In this document: piece by piece, positions 1 through 12,254 of the stretch | Position numbering within the stretch: the first letter of the stretch is position 1 | Layout: every line of letters starts with the position of its first letter | From: Schmidtea polychroa | Lineage: Eukaryota | DNA: 64,000 nt | NCBI GenBank assembly: GCA_044892525.1 | Contig: CM097885.1 | Coordinates: 31,312,001 to 31,376,000, forward strand | Direction: 5' to 3' | Notes under the pieces: model-generated | What the model was told of the DNA's origin: nothing | What the model saw: only the letters and a program-made list of their open reading frames with translations | Database searches by the model: none | Program-made: the position numbers and the translations under genes

Positions 1-1372
1 ATAAGTTTCACGGAAAGTTCATTTTTGTGAGAAAATTTTTATCCACCGCAGACATCGACTTTCATAAAACACCAAAACTGACAAATACGGACTTTGATAT
101 GGCAACAACTTTATATTCTAATGTTAAAACATTTCAGTAGCTATTTTGCACATACATAAAATTAAGATAAAATTAATTCTTAATTTTACTGTAAGCTTCA
201 GTAGAAAATCATATTTTATTAACCATAATTATTTAACTCTATATATGTTTCCATAAATTATACTGTTGGACCAAAACTGAATTTAGGCTCACGTAATAGT
301 AACGTAGCACGCAGAAACAATATTAAGTAAAGTTAAACAAATACACGTTAATACATCAACTAAACTTATAAAACACCAAAATGATAAATAACAGGAAGTA
401 AACAAATGCAAGTTAATCACGATAAAAGAAAGTAGGAATGAAAAAGATTTCCACAAAATATCATTAAAAAATGAACTAAGGGTCAGAATTATAACAGAAG
501 TGATAAGAAATACTAGAATATTCTATGAAAATGACGAAATCCACCATATCTACCAAAACTAGTTGAAATTAACTAAAATATAAAAATTTAGAAATTAAAT
601 TATCAAAAACTAAAATAAAATAACCCAAAAATTAAAAGAAATAAGAATTATATAATAAAATCATAAAGTAGCATAAAATATTATTAAAAAATTGGCATAT
701 TCATCATGGTGGCGAAATTAATTAAAAATAAATAAAATATAAAAATTAAAAAATAAAATAAATCATAAATTATAAAAAATCGCCATCGAAATTGATGAAA
801 ATCAAAATCCAAATTAATCAGAAATAAAATAATACAAATTTGTTTTATTGAATCAGTGCGGACATATACTAGCACACCAAAATTAAACTATATATACCGA
901 CGCATTTCAGTCACAATTTAATCAGAAATTTTTGGCAGAACAAAATTTTCGTTTGAAATACATAGTTGAATACTGAATGTAAAGGAATTTCTATTGTACG
1001 TATGTTATACTCTAATTATTTGATATAACCAGAGAGTTGATTTTGTGTTTTGTTGTTTCATTTTCTTAAAACGAAATCACTGGCTAAAATTCATACTTTT
1101 CGGCCCACAGCGACTATCATAAGCTACAACTTAGCACAATTAGATATCGAAACAAACTACGAGGAGTGGCAGTATTTACTATACCAATTATTGGAGTAGT
1201 TTTTACTACGCCGTTTATCTGAATCTCCTAGGAGCCTTTGTGGACACCGACTAGTTACAGGCGGCTACAACTACAATAATCACGAGAAATAGTGAACAGT
1301 AAAAATAGAATTCAATGCACAAGCAGCAATTTTAAATGCCCTTCACATGGGCTATTTCGAGATAGTGATTCT

Positions 1373-1538
1373 AGGACATCTCCCCCATCTGTTATAACCC
1401 CCCCCCATTATCGTTTACTCGCATGACCCCAACATATTATATATATAGTCAGAGTTTATCCGATAAGATGTTTTGTCCCCCTATTGGTATTGGTCGCAAG
1501 GGTAAACAAGACAATGAAAAATATTAATACCTTAATGA

Positions 1539-1577
<39 letters not shown>

Positions 1578-1748
1578 CATTATTATAATTATTATTTTCA
1601 AAGAACTATCATAAATTTAGTATAAAGATATATGAAGATATATAAATACTATATATAAATAAAATTAGTATAAAGATAATTGGATGGGAGTCATATTTGT
1701 TTAGGGGGAGGGGTGAAGTCCGGGGGATGTCCGGAGAGGAGATGTCCT
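1373..1748. mobile_element. Putative MITE (degraded) with short inverted ends
   Basis: AGGACATCTCC at 1373-1383 is inverted as GGAGATGTCCT at 1738-1748; C-rich/G-rich subterminal runs; internal (ATT)n. No TSD identified. Confidence 0.35.
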
Positions 1749-3582
1749 GATACCCAAGATAGTGTATATCAATTCAATATTTCATAAAAAGGGTGTGTTA
1801 ATTATTGCATACCCGACCTATACTCTACCAGTCCGTATTTTCTAGAATAGAGCAAGTGAAGTTCATATTTTCTATATACATGTCGTCTATTTCACAAAAC
1901 CAAGTTGCACGATAATGTACTTCGATAACATATTTCATAACCTCGCTATTACGACTGGTTGATGTGTTCCGTGCCAAGACGGAGACTCTCAATTTTCAGG
2001 TTCATAATATGTAGAGGGTACCGTTTAGACCTAAGGCCATGCGAAAACACCTTCAACAAATTGATACTTTGCACTCTCAATCGATGTAAGATCGATCGGA
2101 GATGCAAGTCTTGAAAATCCAGGTCAAGCAACAAGGGACTCAGGATAACCGAACCTTGATCGACCAATACCTAGTTGAACAGATAGAAAATGATTTTCCC
2201 ACTCAATCACGGAACCCAAATCCGCGAACTACTATACTTCTTCCAGTCCCAAACAACTGTCAATCAAGCGACAGGCGGAAAGGGGCCAATAACTCCTGAA
2301 TTATTCCTGCATTCTGCTCATGATAATTGATATAAGAGTTCGTGTATAGCAGGAATAAAAATGGTGTGCTCCGTGTTGTGTTCGTTGTTTCCTTGTATGA
2401 GTAAAAGATTTCCTTAACCCACATTATATTATAGGAGATAATACACCCTACTCTAAATTTCATGGGTTTTTTTAAATTATTAGAGCATAGAACAAGGGGG
2501 ACCTAAGAGAATTCAGACACAGGCCTTCTATCGCAGTCTGCAAACCTATTCCAGTGCTTGGTGATTATAGTGTACAGAAGTACGCTCACTTTTCCCGAGT
2601 ATTCGCCGACACATTACCAGCGTTGATTGCTCAACGGGAGCCGAATAGTGAAGTAAGCAGTTGTATCTTGGGTTGCGTCAGAAACCACACGAAAGAGTAG
2701 AATGTGGATTACCTGCGACTCACCCATACGTACACATTTTGCCCCATATTCCATAATCGCGACAAATACTTTTCTGATCGTCACTGTCTTAGTTTTATTC
2801 ACATTCTAAGGCCATAGAAAACTTTGTTGATCTAACTTATTAATAAAAAGAAAACACCGTCAAAGTTTCAATTCTGCAATGTAAGTTCATTGTGTCATGG
2901 TTGTCGAAATTGTCAGAAATGAAAATTAAATATATATATCAAAATTTGGTTTTGTTTAAATCACATAATAAGTTTTATTTCGAAAAGTTAATTATTTTCT
3001 ATTTTAACTATAATTATTTTTAATTTAATAATTTTCCGATAACAAAATTACTCATTTCATTTCTACATAACAATTTTGATATTTTTTCCCTCGCAATAAA
3101 TTATCTTATACAAACAAAAGCTGTTACACAATTCCTGATTTGTTCTTTTTATATTGTATCAGTAGCAAGTTTAATTATTAAATCTTTTTTGGTAATCATT
3201 AAAAATAATAGTTAATAGAATATAATATAGTGAACATTTGTGATTGATTAGATAATTTCTGGCTCATATAAATTCTTTAATTAATTACAGTCATTCAAAC
3301 AAAGGTAGAAAAAGTAAAAAACAAAACTTATGATGCTGACTTGAAGATAAACGTCAAATTTTAGTATATATAGTTACATAAATTTACATAAATTGTCCAG
3401 AAATAAAAGTTAAATACACAAAAATTGTAATGTTATTTAAAAAATACGAATAAATTGATTGATACCATCAATTATTGAGCACTAAACTTGACAGGACGCG
3501 GTTATATCTTAATTTTTTAGAAAGTCCAGTAACAAGACGGAGGCAAATAAGTTTAAAGTTTTCATTTTTTAGACGACTGATG

Positions 3583-4580
3583 AGTAGTAAGATGTGTCAC
3601 CTCCAGGACATGTCACCTCCAGGACACATATATATAAGTAGGTCAAGTTAAAATTAAGTAGATCAAGTTAAAATTATGTAGGTCACGACTATATAGGTAT
3701 TAAAATATGTAGGTCAAGTTACTTTAAATATATGTTACCTCCAGGACACTATATAAATAAATAAGTCAAATTAAGTAGGTCACGACTATATAGTTTATAA
3801 AAAATATGTAGGTCAAGTTATTTTTAACATGTATCCCTATAATATATACATCATTCAAAAGATATTTGAGAGTAGAGTACAATGATCATACCTTCAAAGG
3901 TGTATGGTGAATCCCTAACCTTCAAAAGGTGCAAAACCCTCGAATTTTTTCAAACTCTATAATACATGTCATTCAAAAGGTAATTGAGATGTGAGTATGA
4001 TGGTCATACAATCAAAGGTGTATGGTGAGTCCTTCACCTTCAAAGGGTCAAAAAATTTCGAATTTTTTCAAACTTTATAATATATATACATCATTCAAAA
4101 GGTATTTGAGAGTAGAGTGTGATGGTCAAACCTTCAAAGATGTATGGTGAGTCCTTACCCTCAAGTGTCAAAAACTTTGATTTTTATTCAAACTGTAAAT
4201 TGATCATTTCAACAAATCTTTCAATCCCCAAAATAAATTTCCCAACTCAAAAATTTCCCAAATTTTAAAAATTCCCAAAAACAATTTTCCCAACTCAAAT
4301 TTTTTCAAAAATTAAAAAGTCCTAAAAATGAAATTCCCCAAATTTCCCAACTCAAAATTTTTCAAATTTTAAAAAGTTTTCAAAACTATTTTCCCAAATT
4401 TTCCAACTAAATAGTAAAAGAATGTTTTACAATTTTTTTTTTTTCCTCGAATACATCAAACCAAAAATTTAACAAGGTTCGTCACACAAATCTAATTTTG
4501 AAATCAAACAAATGAATTTAATAAAAATTAAAATCATCGACATACACAACAGCCGTTCGCCCGCCCGCCCCGAAGGGGCT
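3583..4580 (+). repeat. Left terminal inverted repeat of Polinton 1
   Basis: Reverse complement of 18701-19719. Differences seen by eye: one substitution near 4323, homopolymer length (T12 vs A15) and an 18-nt expansion of the GC repeat on the right. Confidence 0.96.
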
Positions 4581-4659
4581 GGCGCGGTAGTTTGTAAATT
4601 TGGTTTAGTTTGAATATTATTTTGAGTATTAATAACAAAGGTAAAGAAATAAATGTTTA

Positions 4660-5217
4660 TTAAATGTATATAGTATGATACTCATTAATATACATTGAAC
4701 ATGCTTTACATTTGCGAACATTTGAATCATGGCATTTAGAACATACAATTACATGTCCGCAAGGTAAAAACAAAACCGATACTTGATTTTCTTTACAAAT
4801 GTAACAAGTTAAATACATTTTCCTACCATCATTGAGTTTTTTCCTTAGCTTATTTTCAATCAATTCGGATTTCGATATCCATTCATAAATCAATCTACTA
4901 CTATATCCTGGTTCCAGCCTTAAATCCATACAATTCCAAAAGCATTCATTCAATGAATCATTATCTACTATTGCTTTGTCTAAATGCATCAAATAAATCG
5001 ATAACTTCAAAATGCATTCATTGTAATTAAATAAATCAATCAAATATCCAATGGAGGAATGTTTGAAAATTTCTAAAATTTTTATGGTTTCCTTTTCAGT
5101 GAGAGTATCATAATTGTTCATAAAATCTTCAACGGGGCAGTTTAAAAACTTGAATGATCTCGTGGTCATCAGTAATTTCTTAATAAATTTATGAAAATAC
5201 TTATATTCTGCACACAT
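4660..5217 (-). CDS. Accessory protein with C-terminal IAP/MDM2-type RING finger (putative E3 ubiquitin ligase); no BIR motif seen
   Basis: C-terminus CYICKENQVSVLFLPCGHVIVCSKC...CKAC..I...HTIYI fits the C3HC4 RING of IAPs, including the hydrophobic tail. Confidence 0.85.
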   Translation of the reverse strand: MCAEYKYFHKFIKKLLMTTRSFKFLNCPVEDFMNNYDTLTEKETIKILEIFKHSSIGYLIDLFNYNECILKLSIYLMHLDKAIVDNDSLNECFWNCMDLRLEPGYSSRLIYEWISKSELIENKLRKKLNDGRKMYLTCYICKENQVSVLFLPCGHVIVCSKCHDSNVRKCKACSMYINEYHTIYI

Positions 5218-5580
5218 TTATAAGAGATACATTAAAACAACTCATTTATTAAACAAGAAAATAATTTAAAATCAATAATGGTAATTTTAAGGATTATCTT
5301 CGATAGATTTTATTGAATAATGGTTCATTAAAAAGGTCTTGAAGAGCTCTATCCAATGGTTATATATTTGAAGATATAATGTTTGTGCACAATATAGTAA
5401 GTATTATTATTTTTATTATTATTTTTATTAACAAACTACATTCTAATAAAATACTTTTATACATCAAATTATTAAAAAAAAAAAAAAAAAAAAAAAAACC
5501 GATAATTATAAAACGAAAAAGAGACTTTACAATAATTTCTATTTTACAAAAAATCAAACAAGTCCGATCACAGAATTAAA

Positions 5581-8500
5581 TTAATCTTGTAGATGTTGAT
5601 TGATGAGATCGGGATCTGCTCCTGATTGAATATCATTATCGTCATTATCAATGACATCAACCCCTAAATAATGACCATATGCAAAACTAGAGTTTTTCTC
5701 TACCCAAGCTCTTTTATCATCATGATTAGTTAAAGCAATCTTTGAGTTTTTAAAGGTAAAAAGCTGATGATTTCGGGTTCCTATTCTAGTCTGAGGTACA
5801 GAAATAACTGTGTTGTTGTTGTAACAGTCTAAATAAGATTGATGTTTTATATCTGTACCTGGTAATTTTACGCCCTTAGCTCTCATAGTAGATTTATTTC
5901 CTAAAAGACTGTAGCACTTTGGTCGCAAGAAAACCCACTCACTATATCCTACACCCTTACTCTCATCCTTAAACTTTCCTATAACTGAGTCGAGTCTCCT
6001 AGAATATAAAGGATGAGAGGGATCATAATTTGAGGTGTCTAACAAGTCATCCGAAATCATCGCTGGCAAAAGAACGTCAAGCTTTACATTTTTGACCTCT
6101 AAGAAGAAACTATCGGTATCACCCGCAACTATATTTATATCACAGTTAAACTGACTCCTATATTTTGATAATTATATGTACTGTAATTGATACATCCTTA
6201 GTTTGGATAAATCCAGCACTGATTGTCCGATGTAGCTGGGTCTATCCAAACATATAGACTCCTTATTGAGATGTACACCAAAAAGATCATCATCAATTTT
6301 GATGGTTTTTCTAAATGATGGTTTTGATGAATATGTAATTAATTTTTCCGCGGAATTACATAGTCGTAAATTTAATCTCTTCTTAAGGTTTTCAACGGAT
6401 TTACCGTACAAGCTATTATTATACAATTTGAATAAATCTCTGTACAGTTCACTGCTTGCTTCAGCTCTTAGCTGTGTATTTTTATTTATATAATTTTTAA
6501 AAATCGGTGCTTGCTTGAATTTTGTAGCTCTATGGATGTGTACAACTTTGGCACCAAGAGACAAATAAAGCTTGAGAAGCCTCCAATGAAGAACATGGTT
6601 CTTCTTTGGCCAATGCGTGAGCATCAACTTTCGAACCAGGCGGGCACATTTTCTCAGGAGCAAGAGGAAAGTCATTTAAGAAATCATGAAAAATTTCTGG
6701 AATATCTATATCCACTTCTATGGTATAACCATAGGGAAGGATTTCAATGTCAGCATTCATGCACTCAAGCAATACATCATTCAATCCATCATACACCCAA
6801 GTGAAATCAGCAAAAGGAAGATTTTGGCTAAGAGCCCAACCATACAGATTATTTATATCAATATATAATAATTCTGTATTATCAGAAGCAGCAACGTAAT
6901 GTTTGTTAACAAATGTTAACCCACCACGTATTCCTCCTTCGTAAAAATTGAACATTTCCATGTCCTGTAAAAGTTCTATAGGCTCAGTTAATGTCATAAG
7001 CGCTGAGGCCCATGACATACCCGGAATACCATAAAAGTTTAGAGGTTCTAGACCATTGTATGCAATGGCCTTGGCACGAAATTGTTGGAAATAGTCCGCA
7101 AGGAGGAATACATCCAATTTTTGATAAGTTAACATATAGTCAGCCAATTTAGTACAACGTTGTTGAGTCCAAATAAGTTGAGCCTTAGCATACTCATCTT
7201 CAGTAACACCAGACCAAATAGGAGGCAATTCATAAGTGGTTTCAAGTACATCCAAATCAGTCGCATAATCATAAGGAAATATGGCTTTAGCATCTATTAT
7301 TAACCTATCAAAAACCGACGAAGTCAAAGGAAGATCAGTTAGAGTTTTTACAGCCTTAGCCAAAGAACAATTAACAAATTGTATGCTGTCGATAAAACGA
7401 ACAGCTAATTTTTTAATGTGAACAATCATCGAGATAAATTTCTCTGTGCTTGTGGGTATTATATTCAAATTCCAAGAAGGAAAACCATTGAGACCATATT
7501 TTAAAATATGGTGTAAGTCGTAGCCTCGTAAATTATGAAATACAATCGGCAGCTGTTTATAAATTCTGCGAGCCATATTACATTTCCTACAGGCTGCACC
7601 GAGATAATTACCAGTAAAATGGTCATGATCTCGAACAGCAAGGGATAAAACCTTCTTGCAAAGATAGCAGTTCCTACAAGATTTGAATTGTCGTTCCTCA
7701 GCAAAAGTCATAGGTCCTAACCGTTTTTTCCCTTCAAGCTCATAATAAGGTAGGACAATTGTGACAGCAATTTCCTCTACTTTTTTAAGAAATTGAGGTA
7801 TACAATCAAGACCATAAAACTCGTAATACGATTTTCTATTGTTAAGATTATTTATTAATAAAAGACCTGCTGAAATAGGTAAATGTATTTGATGATGTTT
7901 AACATCTTTAGGTAAAACCGATTCAAAATCGGCATAAATAACAAAGGGTGGGGTGATTCTCTTTGAATGATTTTGAAACTCTAAATATTTATTTTCGGGT
8001 AAAGTGTAAAGGGTTGTACCCGTTTGATTTTTACTGCATAGGGCCACATGTTTAGTGAAAGCATTGTCTAATCGAAAACCGTTAAGACAATGTGGGCACC
8101 ATTTGCATCTTATTTGAATACTACAGTCATTATTACGATGGCAGTTCATTAAACGTGTAATGTTGGTCACTGCGGTGTAATGATAATTATCCTTATTTTC
8201 CAAGAGTAATAAATAAATTCGAGTACCGATAGTAACCGTTGATCTGTGAATTATACTTAAGTGGGGGTGTTTAAAAACATAGTCATTAGGAACCTGATCA
8301 TCATCAACTATCACAGTAGGGGTATAAGCCAGAACATTTATGGCAAGATTTAAGTCTAAATTTTTCTTTTCGAATTTAGGTATATTACACAATTTCATCG
8401 GACAATCCGTGACTTCATTGTAATTAAGAATATTTAAAAGATTTTCATATTTTGAAACTCTTTCAGGGTGGCTACCTATTTCATCTTTTTTCAAGAGCGC

Positions 8501-9660
8501 GAGAATACTATAAAGGAAACACTTATGATCCTTATTTTTAACATTAATAATTGCTCCTTTAGATTTCAAATCTGCGGGTGTACGAATGTAACTATGACCA
8601 GATAGGCGACAAATAGGAGCAAATTTAGTCAGAATGAAATCAATCTCTAAGATATTAATTACTCTCCAGCCACTACCTAAATAGGTAAACTTTTCAATTT
8701 TTTCGTTTAACTTATTAACTCCCTCAATTAAAAAGTTATCCGAAAAGATCTCGGCGTTATTTGAAAAGTAGTTGTCACGGATTTCCCCATCTTTTTCAAA
8801 TCTTATAAGAATAGCGAATTGAATTTTGACGCTACCCATGTTATTTATTTCAGATGTTAACTTTTCAGTGATTTTATCCGTTATTATAATTTTAATTAAT
8901 TGTGAATCGGTAATATTAAATCGAATAGTTCGAATGGCGCCATTTAAATTTGATTCTATTATCGGCTCAATCGCTAAAGATGATCCACCTATTTGATTTA
9001 TAGTATTTATAGTATTATCATTATTTATATTTTCATTTATAGCATTTATAGTATCAATATTATCATTTATAATATCATGATTTATAGTATATTTAATATT
9101 ATTACATTCGTCATCACTGAGTAGAATGACTTCATTTTTAATAATTTCGTCGTCACTGATCTCAATAACTTCAGTTTTTATAATTTTATTTTTAATTTTA
9201 GACACCCTATGTTCAGCAGGTCTTTTGTTAGATTTCTTTTTTGTGTTATTATTTAAAATATTTACAATTTCAATGTTATTCTTATTTATTATTTTAAACA
9301 GTTCTTGTTTATTTGTTTTGAAAGAATTTAAGTGCTGAGAATGTTGACTATAAAATTCCTTATACCTTACACTCTGGGAAGTTTTGCATATGGGGCAAAT
9401 AAAAAAGTTGATGCCATTAAAAGGTTGGCGATAATATTTCTTCATATTTTTGTGGCATTTATTGTCATGACCCATAGACGAATTACAATATTTAGGATAA
9501 AATTTGCCTAATAAAAGTTAAATAATTATTTATTGAATGAAAATGTATTATTTATTTAATAATAATAATAATAATAATAAATGTAATTTAATCTTTCATT
9601 TAAAATTTGTCTATAATATTATCAACTATAAAATAATTAGTTAATGTTAAATAATGCTAA

Positions 9661-9743
<83 letters not shown>

Positions 9744-10373
9744 TACTACTATTACAATTACTATTATAATTATTACTATTACAATTACTATTTTAATGAT
9801 AACTGAAATAATTTACATAAAGTTATATTTACATTATATTTACATAAAATCTATATTATTATTAAGTTATTAATTAATTAAAAACTATATATTAATAAAA
9901 TGAAACATACATTTTGATTCGTTATTCGAAACTGAGTCCCCAATAGGGATGGGAGCATTCAAATTATACGCAACGGAGGTATCCACTACTGCGGCATTTA
10001 TTATTGGAAAATTCTTGTTATGAGAAACAGAAGATTCTAAAATGTTAATGGTAATACAATTTTAATTAAACTAATAAATTACCATTTTGGAATATGTTTG
10101 AAATATCTAATATGTCGTCATTTTCGGTAATTGCGGCCCAATCACCAAAATAATTGTCTAAATAATAAAGATAATAATAATAATTAAAGTATTTATAATA
10201 ATTATAAATATACCATTTCCATCATTTCCAGAACCTAATCGCCTATTGAAGACTGACGAGTTAACGGTACGAGTTTCTAATTGTAAATTTAATTATTTAA
10301 TATAAATAAATAAATAAAAATCCTTACCATTTCTCGAAAGAACCACATTGATTTTAGTATTAATTGATGACAT
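5581..10373 (-). pseudogene. Protein-primed DNA polymerase B (5 exons: 10373-10328, 10276-10214, 10157-10083, 10036-9911, 9507-5581); frameshift ~6624-6631 and in-frame TAA at 6172-6174
   Basis: Motifs: vOTU-like NKDHKCFLYS...HYTAV; ExoI YADFES; endonuclease-VII-like CYLC..RDHDHFTG..CRKCN; ExoII FHNLRGYD; ExoIII YQKLDV; PolA YIDINNLYG; PolB KLYNNSLYGK; PolC AGDTDS (read in frame after the TAA). Joins ORF-track pieces 6530-9475, 6172-6675 and 5581-6069. About 1414 aa if repaired. The family call is firmer than the 5' exon model. Confidence 0.93.
9662..9795. repeat. (ATT)n microsatellite inside predicted pPolB intron 4 (9508-9910)
   Basis: Long ATT run degenerating into ACT/ACAATT variants. 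Confidence 0.9.
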
Positions 10374-10537
10374 TTTAAAATTGTAATAAAATAATTATGA
10401 TGAAATTTGTATTACAATTGTTTATAACGTGATAATATGCCTTTGTTAATCATGCACGGAGCATGCACCGTTCATGACGGACTTTGTTATTATTGTAATA
10501 ATATAAAACATAATAATAATTATAAAAATAATAAAAC

Positions 10538-10575
<38 letters not shown>

Positions 10576-10626
10576 ACATAATAATAATTATAAAATAATA
10601 AAAACACATTTTTATAAAAACATTTA

Positions 10627-11030
10627 TTATTTAATAGACATAAGCCATCCTAAACAATGTTGTCCGCACGTACGAGTTAAAGGGTGTTGATACATTGTTT
10701 TATTATATACAATAGGTTTGCCCATTGTTTGTAGTTTCGAAACCAATAAAGCAGGATAATAGAAACCCATAGGATCGAATACATGTATCTTATCTGGTTT
10801 CATATAGATTGCAATCCAATGCTCTCCGCCGAGATGAGATGAATGGGTATTGACGATTATGGCTTGATTATTTTTCAAAAATGGTATTTTATCGAGAGGA
10901 AAAACTCCTAAAAATTCATTTCCTAATATTTGTTTTCCAATTCGATTAACCTGAACAGAACTATTTTAATAAATTAAACAGTATAAAAAACAACTTACTC
11001 CATGACAACTTTCTGTATTTCTGTATACAT
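10627..11030 (-). CDS. Adenain-like cysteine (maturation) protease, 2 exons (11030-10999, 10960-10627)
   Basis: FLGVFPLD...IIVNT...GEHWIA...FDPMG...YQHPLTRTCGQHC (His/Asp/Gln/Cys). Removing a 38-nt intron GTAAGT...AAAATAG gives MYTEIQKVVMDSVQVNRIG...; ATG at 11030 directly follows the MCP stop (alternative ATG at 11003). Confidence 0.92.
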
Positions 11031-12254
11031 TTATACCAGAACGGTTCTATTTGCAGTAATTTGAACTTCATTTTCAAATACTCCATATATTATAACATGC
11101 ACAGGTTCTGTAATAGCTTTTGCAAACTTTATATCTAATCGTAAATTTCCATTTTGAGGTAATTGACTCTGATTCAAATCAAAATCTGGGGCCAAAACAA
11201 ATGTAAAGAATGGATATTTGGATTTGAATTCTTCAAGAGTTATGCCGCAATTCAAATTTTTATCTAAATATCCCATATTTCTAACAATACTCTGCATATA
11301 TGTAGCACAGTAATTGTCACTATCGAAATCTTGAGTATATGTTTCTCGATAATCAGTATTTTTCGACAAAGTTAGAGATGTAACACCAAAGGTTTTGAAA
11401 ATTGAGCTGGAGGCACTATATAAACCATTATATTGTGCTTCACCTTGAAATGTTACCAGAATAAAGTTTGGCATTCTTCTATCTCCAAATATTTGTTCCT
11501 TATAGAAGGAAGAAGCACCTTTGGCTATTGCAAATGAAACAATTTCTTTTGTTTTCAGAGGATAGATTGCATGCTTAGAATTAAGACCCAACTGATGACC
11601 TGCTAATACCGACGGATCAACTCGAACTCTTCTTACTAGTAATTTTGCATCAACTAATTGACATATTGGTTGACCAGCACCACTAGTTAATGATAAAGAA
11701 GAATCGGTTCTTTTCAGTCTAATGTGTACATTGACTCCTGGAAGTAAATATTTTGGTTGATCCATAAAATCGAGTTGTAATGATGAACACATGGTGAAAA
11801 TCTTTGAGCCTTTAATCCATTTTTTCCGTTCGTCATCACTTGCTGCATAACCCATAGGAGTAAGACATGTATTTTTGGTGTCGGTATTATAATTTAAAAT
11901 AGTTTCTATTATCGCCTTGTGGATATATGTATTGTTGCCACCTTCAATCTTGATATTATTAAATCCAAGAATAGCATCTTTAAAAAGTGTATGAAACAAA
12001 AAATTATTAGGTATTGTAGCATCAGCATCACCCAAAGCCTTTTTATCTTTATCTATAACCTTGATTTGAACAGTCAATAAAGTATCATTCAAATCTAAAT
12101 ATTCTGTTTGAGAACCATTGATGTAAAATTCTACATCATTTCTACTATCGGTAATTGAATTCATAGGAAAAACTTCCTCAAATGCCCCAAATTCTATTAC
12201 AGCCTGGGGCGATGGTCTATCAAATATGCATAATTCAGATTTACCACAAATCAT
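11031..12254 (-). CDS. Major capsid protein (double jelly-roll, Polinton PY/hexon type)
   Basis: N-terminal CGKSELCIF...EVFP...VEFYING...YLDLNDTLL..QIKV and C-terminal FVLAPD...GNLRLDIKFAKA..VIIYGVFENEVQI match animal Polinton MCPs; intact 407 aa. Confidence 0.93.
   Translation of the reverse strand: MICGKSELCIFDRPSPQAVIEFGAFEEVFPMNSITDSRNDVEFYINGSQTEYLDLNDTLLTVQIKVIDKDKKALGDADATIPNNFLFHTLFKDAILGFNNIKIEGGNNTYIHKAIIETILNYNTDTKNTCLTPMGYAASDDERKKWIKGSKIFTMCSSLQLDFMDQPKYLLPGVNVHIRLKRTDSSLSLTSGAGQPICQLVDAKLLVRRVRVDPSVLAGHQLGLNSKHAIYPLKTKEIVSFAIAKGASSFYKEQIFGDRRMPNFILVTFQGEAQYNGLYSASSSIFKTFGVTSLTLSKNTDYRETYTQDFDSDNYCATYMQSIVRNMGYLDKNLNCGITLEEFKSKYPFFTFVLAPDFDLNQSQLPQNGNLRLDIKFAKAITEPVHVIIYGVFENEVQITANRTVLV

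Noticed and set aside
1850..2830. Non-LTR retrotransposon RT remnant
   Set aside because: Composition looks like decayed coding DNA with faint LINE-like words, but no diagnostic motif could be read reliably.
3845..4200. CRISPR-like array in the TIR
   Set aside because: Whole ~120-nt units are homologous, with no unique spacers, no cas genes and a eukaryotic context.
5360..5579. ORFs 5360-5557 and 5379-5579
   Set aside because: Low-complexity intergenic DNA built on a long A/T homopolymer.
6172..6174. Stop-codon reassignment or an intron removing the TAA
   Set aside because: TAA terminates most other genes of the element, flanking codons align without gap to the paralogue, and no suitable GT-AG pair skips it.
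6600..6640. Programmed ribosomal frameshift in pPolB
   Set aside because: No X XXY YYZ slippery heptamer; loss of one 8-nt repeat unit explains it, and there is an independent nonsense codon downstream.
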